Positions 17,377-45,780 of a DNA stretch of 64,000 nt are shown piece after piece. The DNA comes from Heptranchias perlo (lineage: Eukaryota). The stretch's first letter is position 1; the number at the start of each line of letters is the position of its first letter. The translations under genes and the position numbers were made by a program. The notes under the pieces are model-generated. The model did not search any database and had not been told where the DNA came from. It saw nothing but the letters and a program-made list of their open reading frames with translations. The DNA lies in assembly GCF_035084215.1 (NCBI RefSeq), contig NW_027138796.1, forward strand, positions 434,001 through 498,000. Direction: 5' to 3'.

Positions 17377-17497
17377 TATTTATACCCCGCCCGATAGAAC
17401 CCTCCTATTCAGCAAATCGGGCTCTGATTGGTCTGTGAGAACAATGGCCTATTGTTGCTTTTTTAAACGGAGCGACGTTGCTCAGTGCTGATTGGTT
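17377..17497 (-). promoter_or_regulatory. Promoter of copy B
   Basis: Same TATA/GC/2xCCAAT layout as copy A. Confidence 0.75.
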
Positions 17498-17576
17498 CAT
17501 TGTGTAAAAGGCGGAACCAAGAATTCGCAACATTCTTTTATGGGAGGAGCGCCAGGGAACAAGAGAATTCCCCTTA

Positions 17577-18467
17577 CCCCCAGACCCCATCAATCAGACC
17601 CCCAACCCCCAGACCCCATCAATCAGACCCCCAACCCCCAGACCCCATCAATCAGACCCCCAACCCCCAGACCCCATCAATCAGACCCCCAACCCCCAGA
17701 CCCCATCAATCAGACCCCCAACCCCCAGACCCCATCAATCAGACCCCCAACCCCCAGACCCCATCAATCAGACCCCCAACCCCCAGACCCCATCAATCAG
17801 ACCCCCAGACACCATCAATCAGACCCCCAACCCCCAGACCCCATCAATCAGACCCCCAACCCCCAGACCCCATCAATCAGACCCCCAACCCCCCCAGACC
17901 CCATCAATCAGACCCCCAACCCCCCCAGACCCCATCAATCAGACCCCCAACCCCCAGACCCCATCAATCAGACCCCCAACCCCCAGACCCCATCAATCAG
18001 ACCCCCAACCCCCACACACCATCAATCAGACCCCCAACCCCCAGACCCCATCAATCAGACCCCCAACCCCCAGACCCCATCAATCAGACCCCCAACTCCC
18101 AGACCCCATCAATCAGACCCCCAACCCCCAGACCCCAACAATCAGACCCCCAACCCCCAGACCCCGTCAATCAGACCCCCAACCCCCAGACCCCATCAAT
18201 CAGACCTCCAACCCCCAGACCCCATCAATCAGACCCCCAACCCCCAGACCCCATCAATCAGACCCCCAACCCCCATACCCCATCAATCAGACCCCCAACC
18301 CCCAGACCCCATCAATCAGACCCCCAACCCCCAGACCCCATCAATCAGACCCCCAACCCCCAGACCCCATCAATCAGACCCCCAACCCCCACACCCCCAA
18401 CCCTCAGACCCCTAACCCCCAGACCCCATCAATCAGACCCCCAACCCTCAGACCCCATCAATCAGAC
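17577..18467. repeat. 29-bp minisatellite upstream of B
   Basis: Same unit, about 0.9 kb. Confidence 0.95.
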
Positions 18468-19223
18468 ACCCAGCACGAGGGAAAAACTTTCTTGACCTCG
18501 TCCTCACCAATCACCCTGTCGCAGATGCATCTGTTCATGACAGTATTGGCAGGAGTGACCTCCGCACAGTCCTCGTGGAGACGAAGTACCGTCTTCACAC
18601 TGAGGACACCATCCAACGTGTTGTGTGGCACTATCACCGTGCTAAATGGGATAGATTCAGAACAGCTCTAGCAGCTCAAAACTGAGCATCCATGAGGCGC
18701 TGTGGACCATCAGCAGCAGCAGAATTGTATTCCAGCACAATCTGTAACCTCATGGCCCGGCATATTCCTCACTCTACCATTACCAACAAGCCAGGGGATC
18801 AACCCTGGTTCAATGAGGAGTGCAGAAGAGCATGCCAGGAGCAGCACCAGGCGTACCTAAAAATGAGGTGCCAACCTGGTGAAGCTGCATCTCAGGACTA
18901 TATGCATGCTGAAGAGTTGAAGCAACCTGCTATAGACAGGGCTAAGCGATTCACAACCAACGGATCAGATCAAAGCTCTGCAGTCCTGCCACATCCAGTC
19001 GTGAATGGTGGTGGACAGTTAAACAGTAACGGGAGGAGGAGGCTCTGTAAACATCCCCATCCTCAATGATGGCAGAATCCAGCGCGTGAGTGCAAAAGAG
19101 AAGGCTGAAGCGTTTGCAACCATCTTCAGCCAGCAGTGCCGAGTAGATGATCCATCTCGGCCTCCTCCCGATATCGCCACCATCACAGAAGCCAGTCTTC
19201 AGCCAATTCGATTCACTCCACGT
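18468..19223 (+). mobile_element. Internal LINE fragment (CR1/L2 group; APE C-terminus plus linker)
   Basis: Remnants of RGK..LDLVLTN and DSIGRSD, then KPGDQPWFNEECRRA and EKAEAFATIFSQ; no termini visible. Confidence 0.75.
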
Positions 19224-19375
19224 CAATCTGACCCCTTAAATCAGATTGCCGTCAGTCAGACCCCCATCAATCAGACGCTATCAATCAGACTCTCATCAAT
19301 CCGTCCCCCATCAATCTGACCACTATCATCAGACTCCCTCAATCATACCCATCAATCTGACCCCATCAATCAGAC

Positions 19376-22300
19376 TGAGTGCAGCGGGGAAAGAGTGAGG
19401 AACTTGAGAGTTTGGTAAGTGTGGGAGTTTGGTGAAATGAAGGAAGGAGGTGCTCCTTTGCTTTGCCTTGCTTTTCCTAACTTTTTCTGCAGAGCGGCGG
19501 CTGACCTGAGCAGCAGCAGACCAAGAGCGGGGATAACTCGGAGCGCAGCAGGAGGTGGGAGCCGACCTACGGGACTACAGGAATCGGCATCGGAGCGCAA
19601 ATAAAGGTTGAGGCTCGAAGGCCTACACTCACTCGGAGCGCAGCAGGAGGCGGGAGTAGACCCAGCTGTCACAGGAGAGCAGGTAGGTGATTGGCTGCGA
19701 AGTGTTACAGCTGCTTTTTTTTCCCCTCTGAGTTATGGAATTGGGTAAAATTAAAGTAAAAGCTGGGAGCTTGAAAGAAAACTTAAACTAGTTTATTAAC
19801 GAGAGTAATAAAACTATAAATAACCGGTTTTAAGGCTTGATTTCCCTTAGTTTAGTTAATAATCTAAAAACAGAGGCATGGCAGAGCAGCTCACACGCGT
19901 CGAAGGCACGGCCTGTGCCATGTGGGAACTCCAGGACGCTTCCCGTGTCCTGGAAAACCACATGTGCAGGAAATGTTTCAGAGCTTGAGCAACACTGCAG
20001 TGCATCCGCGAGGCTGAGAGCTGCATGGATAGCACGTTTCAGGAGGTGATTACCCGCAGCTTAAGAGAGTGAAGGCAGAGAGGGACCGGCAGACAGCCAA
20101 GGAGGACCAGGCAGGTAGATCAGGAGTCTCCTGAGGGAATCTCACTCTCTAACCGGTATACTGATGGGGGAGAGGGTTCCCTGGGGAGTGCAGCCAGAGC
20201 CAAGACCAGAGCACCATGGGTGGCTCAGCTGTACATTGGGGGAGGAGACAGGTTGGGAGAGCAATAGTGAAAGAGGATTCTATAGTTAGGGGGGCAGACT
20301 GGTGTTTCTGCGGCTGCAGGTGTGGTTCCAGGATGGCATGTCGCCTCCCTGGTGCCAGGGTCATGGACGTCACTGAGCGGCTGCAGAACATTCTGGGGTG
20401 GGGGAGGGTGAACAGCCAGAGGTCGTGGTCCATATCGGGACCAACGGCATAGTTAGATAGAGGGATGAGGTCCTGCAGGCAGAGTTTAAGGAGTCAGGAA
20501 CGAGATTAAAAAGCAGCACCTTGAATGTAGTAATCTCCGGATTACTCTCAGTCTCACGCACTGGTGAGAATCGAAATAGGAGGATACAGCAGGTGACTGC
20601 GTGGCTGCAAAGGTAGTGCAAGAGGGAGGGCTTTAGATTCCTGGGGCATTGGGACCGGTTCTGGGGGAGGTGGGACCTGTACAAGCCGGACAGGTTGCAC
20701 CTCAACAGGGCCGGGACCAATATCCTTGCGGGGAGGGTTGCTTGTGCTGTCGGAGAGGGTTTAAACTAGCTTGGCTGGGGGATGGGAACCTGAGTGTGGA
20801 TTCAGATGGGGTAAAGTTGGAACTGGAAATGGAAGGCAGAAAATTAGTGAGTGAGTCTGGAAGGCAGAGGGAACGAAGGTTAGAAAATAAACAGAGGAGT
20901 TTTGCAGTCCTTAAATGTATTTACCTCAATGCAAGGAGGAGAGGAAATAAGGCGGATGAGCTGAGGGCACAGATAGACACGTGGCAGTATGATATCTTAA
21001 CTATTACAGAAACATGGCTTACAGAGGGGCAGGACTGGCAGCTCAATGTCCCTGGTTACAGCGTTTTCAGACATGATAGAGAGGGGGATAAAAAAGGAGG
21101 GGTGGCAATTTTGGTTAAGGAAACAGTTAAAGTTATGAGGAGGGATGATATTTTAGAAGGAGCATCAAATGAGGCCTTATGGGTTGAGCTCAAGAACAAA
21201 AAAGGGGCAGTCATACTCTGGGAGTGTACTATAGACCCCCAAACAGTCAGAGGGAGATAGAGGAGCAAATATGTGGGCAAATTTCTGAGAAGTGCAAAGA
21301 CAATAGGGCAGTAATAGTCGGGGATTTCAACTACCCTAATATTAACTGGGATACAAACAGCGTGAATGGTTTATAGGGTGCAGAACTCTTAAATTGCATA
21401 CAGGAGAATTTTTTAGCCAGTATATGGCAAGCCCAACGAGAGGCAGGGGCAGTTCTGGATTTAGTTCCAGGAAATGAAGATGGGCAGGTGGAAGAAGTAG
21501 CAGTGGGAGAGCACTTTGGTGGTAGTGATCATAATACAGTTAGTTTTAGCATAGTTATGGAAAAGGACAAAGACAGAGCAGGAGTTAAAGTTTTCAATTG
21601 GGGAAGGCCAATTTTACTCAACTGAGAAGTGATTTAGCAGAAGTAAACTGGAAACAGCTACTTAAAGGTAAATCCGTGTCAGAGCAATGGGAGACATTCA
21701 AAGGGGAGATTCAAGGGGTTCGGGCTAAACATGTTCCAACAAAGAAAAAGGGAGGGGCTGCCAAATCTCGAGCCCCCTGGATGTCAAGAAGCATTCAGGG
21801 TAAGATAAGGCAGAAAAAGCAAACCAATGATAGACACCGGGAACTCAATACTACGGAAAGCTCAGAGGAGTATACAAAGGGCAGGGGTGAAGTTAGAAAG
21901 GAAATTCGGAAAGCAAAGAGAGGGCATGAAATAATATTAGCAAGTAAAATCCAAAGAAAACCCAAAGATGTTTTATCAATACATTAAGAGCAAGAGGATA
22001 ACTAAGGAAAGATTAGGACCTATTAGAGACCATAAAGGTAAACTGTGTGTGGAGGCAGAAGATATGGGTATGGTTCTCAATGAATACTTTGCATCTGAGA
22101 GAGGGATGATGCAGGGATTGAAGTTAAGGAGGAGGAGTGTGAAATATTGGATGGGATAAACATAGTGAGGGAGGAAGTATTAATGGGATTGGCATCTTTG
22201 AAAGTGGATAAATCACCAGGGCCGGATGAAATGTATCGCAGGCTGTTTAAAGAAGCCAAGGACGCTTTAACAATCATTTTCCAAACTTCGCTGGATACAG

Positions 22301-23772
22301 GCATAGTACCGGAGGATTGGAGGACTGCTAACGTTGTATCGTTGTTTAAAAAGGGAGCGAAGGATAGACCGAGTAATTACAGGCCAGTCAGCCTAACCTC
22401 GGTGATGGGAAAATTATTCGAATCAATTCTGAGGGACAGGGTAAACTGTCATTTAGAAAGGCACGGACTGATCAAGGACAGTCAGCACGGATTTGTTAAG
22501 GGGAGGTCATGTCTGACTAACTTGATTGAATTTTTTGAGGAGGTGACAAGGAGGATCGATGAGGGTAGCGTAATTGATGTAATCTACATGGATTTTATCA
22601 ATGCTTTTGACAAGGCCCCACATGGCAGATTGGTCACAAAAGTAAAGGCCCATGGGATCCAAGGGAATATGGCAAGTTGGATCCAAAATTGGCTCAGTGG
22701 CAGGAAGTAAAGGATAATGGTCGACGGGTGTTTATGCGACTGGAAGGCTGTTTCCAGTGGGGTGCTGCAGGGCTCAGTACTAGGTCCTTTGCTTTTTGTG
22801 GCATACATTAACGATTTGGACTTAAATGTAGGGGCATGATTAAAAAATTTGCGGATGACACAAAGATAGGCCACTTGGTTGATAGTGAGGAGGAAAGCTG
22901 TAGACTGCAGGAAAATATCAATGGACTGGTCAGATGGGCAAAAAAGTGGCAAATGGAGTTCAATCCGGAGAAGTGTGGGGTAATGCATTTGTGGAGAGCA
23001 AACAAGGCAAGGGAATACACAATAAATGGGAGGATACTGAGAGGTGTAGAGGGAGTGAGGGACCTTGGAGTGCATGTCCACAGATCCCTGAAGGTAGCAG
23101 GACAGGCAGATAAGATGGTTAAAAAGGCATATGGGATACATTCCTTTATTAGCCGAGGCATAGAATATAAAAGCAGGGATGTTATGCTGGAACTGCATAA
23201 AACGCGAGTTAGGCCACAGCTTGAGTACTGCGTACAGTTCTGGTCACCACATGACAGGAAGGATGTGATTGCACTGGAGAGGGTGCAGAGGAGATTTACG
23301 AGGATGTTGCCAGGACTGGAGAATTTTAGCTATGAGGAAAGATTGGATAGGCTGGGGTTGTTTTCCTTGAAACAGAGGAGGCTGAGGGGAGATTTAATTG
23401 AGGTGTATAAAATTATGAGGGGCTGAGATAGAGTGGATAGGAAGGACCTATTTCCCTTAGCAGAGGAGTCAGTAACCAGGGGGCATAGATTTAAAGTGAT
23501 TGGTAGAAGGATTAGAGGGGAGCTGAGGAGAAATGTTTTCCCCCAGAGGGTGGTGGGTGTCTGGAACTCACTGCCTGAGAGGGTGGGAGAGGCAGAAACC
23601 CTCAACTCATTTAATAAATACCTGGATGTGAACCTGAAGAGCCGTGACCTGCAGGGCTACGGACCAAATGCGGGAAAGAGGGATTGGGCTGGATAGCTCG
23701 TTCCTCAGCCGGTGCGGACATGATGGGCCGAATGGCCTCCTTCTGTGCTGTAACTTTTCTATGATTTTATGA
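19376..23772 (+). mobile_element. Degenerate full-length CR1 LINE
   Basis: 5'UTR, broken esterase ORF1, broken APE (YLNAR, ITETW) and RT (FADD) ORF2, CTATGATT-type tail; many frameshifts and stops. Confidence 0.92.
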
Positions 23773-24220
23773 CCCTCATCAATCAAACCCCTTCAATCAG
23801 ACCCCACTTCTCTCAGTCCCCATCAATCAGACCCCCAACAATCAGACCCCATCAATCAGACCCCATCGATTAGATCCCCATCAGTCAGACCCCCATCAAT
23901 CAGACCCCCAACAATCAGACCCCCATCGATCAGACCCCCATCAATCAGACCCCCATCAATCAGACCTTCATCAATCAGACCCCCATCCATCAGACCCCCA
24001 TCGATTAGAGCCCCATCACTCAGACCCCATCACTCAGACCCCATCAATCAGATTCCAGTCAATCAGATTCCCATCTATCAGACCCCATTAATCAGACCCC
24101 ATCGATCAGACCCCCATCGGTCAGACCCCATCAATCTCACCCCATCAATCAGGCCCCAACCAACCTGACCCCATCAGTCAGACCCCATCTATCTGACTCC
24201 AATCGATCAGACCCCATCCA
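23773..24220. repeat. 15-bp CCCCATCAATCAGAC-type repeat downstream of C
   Basis: Degenerate tandem units. Confidence 0.85.
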
Positions 24221-24338
24221 TTCTGGGTTCAGTGATCCTCTTCTAACTTCTAACGTCTTCTTTTACACGTGTTTCTCAATCCCTTGTCGTGTATTTGTGG
24301 CTTTTAAATTGACACAATTTCAAAATCATTCAAAAATA

Positions 24339-24344
24339 TTTATT
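24339..24344 (-). terminator. Poly(A) signal, copy C
   Basis: AATAAA in the AT-rich 3'UTR. Confidence 0.6.
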
Positions 24345-24509
24345 TTCTTAAATATAATCTGTAACAACAATGTGAATTAAAGTCAAACCCCTTTTACTTT
24401 CTAAATAAATGCCATTTTGTAACATAAATGTGAAATTAAGTTAAACTTTTTACATTCTAAATTAATAAGTCATTTTGTAAACACTTTTTACTTTTTAAAT
24501 GAATAAATC

Positions 24510-31452
<6,943 letters not shown>

Positions 31453-31507
31453 AATCTCCTCCTATTCTCGCAGCTCTTGAGAATGTGCCTCGTGCTGCCG
31501 CTCCCGC

Positions 31508-31628
31508 TATTTATACCCCGCCCGATAGAACCCTCCTATTCAGCAAATCGGGCTCTGATTGGTCTGTGAGAACAATGGCCTATTGTTGCTTTGTTAAACG
31601 TAGCGACGTTGCTCAGTGCTGATTGGTT
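31508..31628 (-). promoter_or_regulatory. Promoter of copy C
   Basis: Same layout as copy A. Confidence 0.75.
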
Positions 31629-31707
31629 CATTGTGTAAAAGGCGGAACCAAGAATTCGCAACATTCTTTTATGGGAGGAGCGCCAGGGAACAAGAGAATT
31701 CCCCTTA

Positions 31708-32458
31708 CCCCCAGACCCCATCAATCAGACCCCCAACCCCCAGACCCCATCAATCAGACCCCCAACCCCCAGACCCCATCAATCAGACCCCCAACCCCCA
31801 GACCCCATCAATCAGACCCCCAACCCCCAGACCCCATCAATCAGACCCCCAACCCCCAGACCCCATCAATCAGATCCCCAACCCCCAGACCCCATCAATC
31901 AGACCACCAACCCCCCCAGACCCCATCAATCAGACCCCCAACCCCCAGACCCCATCAATCAGACCCCCAACCCCCAGACCCCATCAATCAGACCCCCAAC
32001 CCCCAGACCCCATCAATCAGACCCCCAACCCCCAGACCCCATCAATCAGACCCCCAACCCCCAGACCCCATCAATCAGACCCCCAACTCCCAGACCCCAT
32101 CAATCAGACCCCCAACCCCCAGACCCCATCAATCAGACCCCCAACCCCCAGACCCCATCAATCAGACCCCCAACCCCCAGACCCCATCAATCAGACCTCC
32201 AACCCCCAGACCCCATCAATCAGACCCCCAACCCCCAGACCCCATCAATCAGACCCCCAACCCCCATACCCCATCAATCAGACCCCCAACCCCCAGACCC
32301 CATCAATCAGACCCCCAACCCCCAGACCCCATCAATCAGACCCCCAACCCCCAGACCCCATCAATCAGACCCCCAACCCCCACACCCCCAACCCTCAGAC
32401 CCCTAACCCCCAGACCCCATCAATCAGACCCCCAACCCTCAGACCCCATCAATCAGAC
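31708..32458. repeat. 29-bp minisatellite upstream of C
   Basis: Same unit, about 0.75 kb. Confidence 0.95.
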
Positions 32459-33214
32459 ACCCAGCACGAGGGAAAAACTTTCTTGACCTCGTCCTCACCA
32501 ATCACCCTGTCGCAGATGCATCTGTTCATGACAGTATTGGTAGGAGTGACCACCGCACAGTCCTCGTGGAGACGAAGTACCGTCTTCACACTGAGGACAC
32601 CATCCAACGTGTTGTGTGGCACTATCACCGTGCTAAATGGGATAGATTCAGAACAGCTCTAGCAGCTCAAAACTGGGCATCCATGAGGCGCTGTGGACCA
32701 TCAGCAGCAGCAGAATTGTATTCCAGCACAATCTGTAACCTCATGGCCCGGCATATTCCTCACTCTCCCATTACCAACAAGCCAGGGGATCAACCCTGGT
32801 TCAATGAGGAGTGCAGAAGAGCATGACAGGAGCAGCACCAGGCGTACCTAAAAATGAGGTGCCAACCTGGTGAAGCTGCATCTCAGGACTATATGCATGC
32901 TGAAGAGTTGAAGCAACCTGCTATAGACAGGGCTGAGCGATTCACAACCAACGGATCAGATCAAAGCTCTGCAGTCCTGCCACATCCAGTCGTGAATGGT
33001 GGTGGACAGTTAAACAGTAACGGGAGGAGGAGGCTCTGTAAACATCCCCATCCTCAATGATGGCAGAATCCAGCGCGTGAGTGCAAAAGAGAAGGCTGAA
33101 GCGTTTGCAACCATCTTCAGCCAGCAGTGCCGAGTAGATGATCCATCTCGGCCTCCTCCCGATATCGCCACCATCACAGAAGCCAGTCTTCAGCCAATTC
33201 GATTCACTCCACGT
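32459..33214 (+). mobile_element. Same LINE fragment, co-duplicated
   Basis: Near-identical to 18468-19223. Confidence 0.75.
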
Positions 33215-33366
33215 CAATCTGACCCCTTAAATCAGATTGCCGTCAGTCAGACCCCCATCAATCAGACGCTATCAATCAGACTCTCATCAATCCGTCCCCC
33301 ATCAATCTGACCACTATCATCAGACTCCCTCAATCATACCCATCAATCTGACCCCATCAATCAGAC

Positions 33367-36300
33367 TGAGTGCAGCGGGGAAAGAGTGAGGAACTTGAGA
33401 GTTTGGTAAGTGTGGGAGTTTGGTGAAATGAGGGAAGGAGGTGCTCCTTTGCTTTGCCTTGCTTTTCCTAACTTTTTCTGCAGAGCGGCGGCTGACCTGA
33501 GCAGCAGCAGACCAAGAGCGGGGATAACTCGGAGCGCAGCAGGAGGTGGGAGCCGACCTACGAGACTACAGGAATCGGCATCGGAGCGCAAATAAAGGTT
33601 GAGGCTCGAAGGCCTACACTCACTCGGAGCGCAGCAGGAGGCGGGAGTAGACCCAGCTGTCACAGGAGAGCAGGTAGGTGATTGGCTGCGAAGTGTTACA
33701 GCTGCTTTTTTTTCCCCTCTGAGTTATGGAATTGGGTAAAATTAAAGTAAAAGCTGGGAGCTTGAAAGAAAACTTAAACTAGTTTATTAACGAGAGTAAT
33801 AAAACTATAAATAACCGGTTTTAAGGCTTGATTTCCCTTAGTTTAGTTAATAATCTAAAAACAGAGGCATGGCAGAGCAGCTCACACGCGTCGAAGGCAC
33901 GGCCTGTGCCATGTGGGAACTCCAGGACGCTTCCCGTGTCCTGGAAAACCACATGTGCAGGAAATGTTTCAGAGCTTGAGCAACACTGCAGTGCATCCGC
34001 GAGGCTGAGAGCTGCATGGATAGCACGTTTCAGGAGGTGATTACCCGCAGCTTAAGAGAGTGAAGGCAGAGAGGGACCGGCAGACAGCCAAGGAGGACCA
34101 GGCAGGTAGATCAGGAGTCTCCTGAGGGAATCTCACTCTCTAACCGGTATACTGATGGGGGAGAGGGTTCCCTGGGGAGTGCAGCCAGAGCCAAGACCAG
34201 AGCACCATGGGTGGCTCAGCTGTACATTGGGGGAGGAGACAGGTTGGGAGAGCAATAGTGAAAGAGGATTCTATAGTTAGGGGGGCAGACTGGTGTTTCT
34301 GCGGCTGCAGGTGTGGTTCCAGGATGGCATGTCGCCTCCCTGGTGCCAGGGTCATGGACGTCACTGAGCGGCTGCAGAACATTCTGGGGTGGGGGAGGGT
34401 GAACAGCCAGAGGTCGTGGTCCATATCGGGACCAACGGCATAGTTAGATAGAGGGATGAGGTCCTGCAGGCAGAGTTTAAGGAGTCAGGAACGAGATTAA
34501 AAAGCAGCACCTTGAATGTAGTAATCTCCGGATTACTCTCAGTCTCACGCACTGGTGAGAATCGAAATAGGAGGATACAGCAGGTGACTGCGTGGCTGCA
34601 AAGGTAGTGCAAGAGGGAGGGCTTTAGATTCCTGGGGCATTGGGACCGGTTCTGGGGGAGGTGGGACCTGTACAAGCCGGACAGGTTGCACCTCAACAGG
34701 GCCGGGACCAATATCCTTGCGGGGAGGGTTGCTTGTGCTGTCGGAGAGGGTTTAAACTAGCTTGGCTGGGGGATGGGAACCTGAGTGTGGATTCAGATGG
34801 GGTAAAGTTGGAACTGGAAATGGAAGGCAGAAAATTAGTGAGTGAGTCTGGAAGGCAGAGGGAACGAAGGTTAGAAAATAAACAGAGGAGTTTTGCAGTC
34901 CTTAAATGTATTTACCTCAATGCAAGGAGGAGAGGAAATAAGGCGGATGAGCTGAGGGCACAGATAGACACGTGGCAGTATGATATCTTAACTATTACAG
35001 AAACATGGCTTAAAGAGGGGCAGGACTGGCAGCTCAATGTCCCTGGTTACAGCGTTTTCAGACATGATAGAGAGGGGGATAAAAAAGGAGGGGTGGCAAT
35101 TTTGGTTAAGGAAACAGTTAAAGTTATGAGGAGGGATGATATTTTAGAAGGAGCATCAAATGAGGCCTTATGGGTTGAGCTCAAGAACAAAAAAGGGGCA
35201 GTCATACTCTGGGAGTGTACTATAGACCCCCAAACAGTCAGAGGGAGATAGAGGAGCAAATATGTGGGCAAATTTCTGAGAAGTGCAAAGACAATAGGGC
35301 AGTAATAGTCGGGGATTTCAACTACCCTAATATTAACTGGGATACAAACAGCGTGAATGGTTTATAGGGTGCAGAACTCTTAAATTGCATACAGGAGAAT
35401 TTTTTAGCCAGTATATGGCAAGCCCAACGAGAGGCAGGGGCAGTTCTGGATTTAGTTCCAGGAAATGAAGATGGGCAGGTGGAAGAAGTAGCAGTGGGAG
35501 AGCACTTTGGTGGTAGTGATCATAATACAGTTAGTTTTAGCATAGTTATGGAAAAGGACAAAGACAGAGCAGGAGTTAAAGTTTTCAATTGGGGAAGGCC
35601 AATTTTACTCAACTGAGAAGTGATTTAGCAGAAGTAAACTGGAAACAGCTACTTAAAGGTAAATCCGTGTCAGAGCAATGGGAGACATTCAAAGGGGAGA
35701 TTCAAGGGGTTCGGGCTAAACATGTTCCAACAAAGAAAAAGGGAGGGGCTGCCAAATCTCGAGCCCCCTGGATGTCAAGAAGCATTCAGGGTAAGATAAG
35801 GCAGAAAAAGCAAACCAATGATAGACACCGGGAACTCAATACTACGGAAAGCTCAGAGGAGTATACAAAGGGCAGGGGTGAAGTTAGAAAGGAAATTCGG
35901 AAAGCAAAGAGAGGGCATGAAATAATATTAGCAAGTAAAATCCAAAGAAAACCCAAAGATGTTTTATCAATACATTAAGAGCAAGAGGATAACTAAGGAA
36001 AGATTAGGACCTATTAGAGACCATAAAGGTAAACTGTGTGTGGAGGCAGAAGATATGGGTATGGTTCTCAATGAATACTTTGCATCTGAGAGAGGGATGA
36101 TGCAGGGATTGAAGTTAAGGAGGAGGAGTGTGAAATATTGGATGGGATAAACATAGTGAGGGAGGAAGTATTAATGGGATTGGCATCTTTGAAAGTGGAT
36201 AAATCACCAGGGCCGGATGAAATGTATCGCAGGCTGTTTAAAGAAGCCAAGGACGCTTTAACAATCATTTTCCAAACTTCGCTGGATACAGGCATAGTAC

Positions 36301-37763
36301 CGGAGGATTGGAGGACTGCTAACGTTGTATCGTTGTTTAAAAAGGGAGCGAAGGATAGACCGAGTAATTACAGGCCAGTCAGCCTAACCTCGGTGATGGG
36401 AAAATTATTCGAATCAATTCTGAGGGACAGGGTAAACTGTCATTTAGAAAGGCACGGACTGATCAAGGACAGTCAGCACGGATTTGTTAAGGGGAGGTCA
36501 TGTCTGACTAACTTGATTGAATTTTTTGAGGAGGTGACAAGGAGGATCGATGAGGGTAGCGTAATTGATGTAATCTACATGGATTTTATCAATGCTTTTG
36601 ACAAGGCCCCACATGGCAGATTGGTCACAAAAGTAAAGGCCCATGGGATCCAAGGGAATATGGCAAGTTGGATCCAAAATTGGCTCAGTGGCAGGAAGTA
36701 AAGGATAATGGTCGACGGGTGTTTATGCGACTGGAAGGCTGTTTCCAGTGGGGTGCTGCAGGGCTCAGTACTAAGTCCTTTGCTTTTTGTGGCATACATT
36801 AACGATTTGGACTTAAATGTAGGGGCATGATTAAAAAATTTGCGGATGACACAAAGATAGGCCACTTGGTTGATAGTGAGGAGGAAAGCTGTAGACTGCA
36901 GGAAAATATCAATGGACTGGTCAGATGGGCAAAAAAGTGGCAAATGGAGTTCAATCCGGAGAAGTGTGGGGTAATGCATTTGTGGAGAGCAAACAAGGCA
37001 AGGGAATACACAATAAATGGGAGGATACTGAGAGGTGTAGAGGGAGTGAGGGACCTTGGAGTGCATGTCCACAGATCCCTGAAGGTAGCAGGACAGGCAG
37101 ATAAGATGGTTAAAAAGGCATATGGGATACATTCCTTTATTAGCCGAGGCATAGAATATAAAAGCAGGGATGTTATGCTGGAACTGCATAAAACGCGAGT
37201 TAGGCCACAGCTTGAGTACTGCGTACAGTTCTGGTCACCACATTACAGGAAGGATGTGATTGCACTGGAGAGGGTGCAGAGGAGATTTACGAGGATGTTG
37301 CCAGGACTGGAGAATTTTAGCTGTGAGGAAAGATTGGATAGGCTGGGGTTGTTTTCCTTGAAACAGAGGAGGCTGAGGGGAGATTTAATTGAGGTGTATA
37401 AAATTATGAGGGGCTGAGATAGAGTGGATAGGAAGGACCTATTTCCCTTAGCAGAGGAGTCAGTAACCAGGGGGCATAGATTTAAAGTGATTGGTAGAAG
37501 GATTAGAGGGGAGCTGAGGAGAAATGTTTTCCCCCAGAGGGTGGTGGGTGTCTGGAACTCACTGCCTGAGAGGGTGGGAGAGGCAGAAACCCTCAACTCA
37601 TTTAATAAATACCTGGATGTGAACCTGAAGAGCCGTGACCTGCAGGGCTACGGACCAAATGCGGGAAAGAGGGATTGGGCTGGATAGCTCGTTCCTCAGC
37701 CGGTGCGGACATGATGGGCCGAATGGCCTCCTTCTGTGCTGTAACTTTTCTATGATTTTATGA
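33367..37763 (+). mobile_element. Degenerate full-length CR1, co-duplicated
   Basis: Same lesions and junctions as 19376-23772. Confidence 0.92.
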
Positions 37764-38270
37764 CCCCCATCAATCAAACTCCTTCAATCAGACCCCACTT
37801 CTCTCAGTCCCCATCAATCAGACCCCCAACAATCAGACCCCATCAATCAGACCCCATCGATCAGACCTTCATCAATCAGACCCCCATCAATCAGACGCCC
37901 ATCGATCGGACCCCCATCGATTAGATCCCCATCAGTCAGACCCCCATCAATCAGACCCCCAACAATCAGACCCCCATCGATCAGACCCCCATCAATCAGA
38001 CCCCCATCAATCAGACCTTCATCAATCAGACCCCCGTCCATCAGACCCCCATCGATTAGAGCCCCATCACTCAGACCCCATCACTCAGACCCCATCAATC
38101 AGATTCCAGTCAATCAGATTCCCATCTATCAGACCCCATTAATCAGACCCCATCGATCAGACCCCCATCGGTCAGACCCCATCAATCTCACCCCATCAAT
38201 CAGGCCCCAACCAACCTGACCCCATCAGTCAGACCCCATCTATCTGACTCCAATCGATCAGACCCCATCC
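37764..38270. repeat. 15-bp repeat downstream of D
   Basis: Homologous to C; contains the empty site for the young CR1. Confidence 0.85.
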
Positions 38271-38389
38271 ATTCTGGGTTCAGTGATCCTCTTCTAACTT
38301 CTAACGTCTTCTTTTACACGTGTTTCTCAATCCCTTGTCGTGTATTTGTGGCTTTTAAATTGACACAATTTCAAAATCATTCAAAAATA

Positions 38390-38395
38390 TTTATT
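38390..38395 (-). terminator. Poly(A) signal, copy D
   Basis: AATAAA in the AT-rich 3'UTR. Confidence 0.6.
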
Positions 38396-38560
38396 TTCTT
38401 AAATATAATCTGTAACAACAATGTGAATTAAAGTCAAACCCCTTTTACTTTCTAAATAAATGCCATTTTGTAACATAAATGTGAAATTAAGTTAAACTTT
38501 TTACATTCTAAATTAATAAGTCATTTTGTAAACACTTTTTACTTTCTAAATGAATAAATC

Positions 38561-45525
<6,965 letters not shown>

Positions 45526-45580
45526 AATCTCCTCCTATTCTCGCAGCTCTTGAGAATGTGCCTCGTGCTGCCGCTCCCGC

Positions 45581-45701
45581 TATTTATACCCCGCCCGATA
45601 GAACCCTCCTATTCAGCAAATCGGGCTCTGATTGGTCTGTGAGAACAATGGCCTATTGTTGCTTTGTTAAACGTAGCGACGTTGCTCAGTGCTGATTGGT
45701 G
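45581..45701 (-). promoter_or_regulatory. Promoter of copy D
   Basis: Same layout as copy A. Confidence 0.75.
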
Positions 45702-45780
45702 CATTGTGTAAAAGGCGGAACCAAGAATTCGCAACATTCTTTTATGGGAGGAGCGCCAGGGAACAAGAGAATTCCCCTTA

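Noticed and set aside
22584-23198. Antisense ORFs over CR1 reverse transcriptase regions
   Set aside because: Shadow frames of LINE coding sequence with no recognisable domains.
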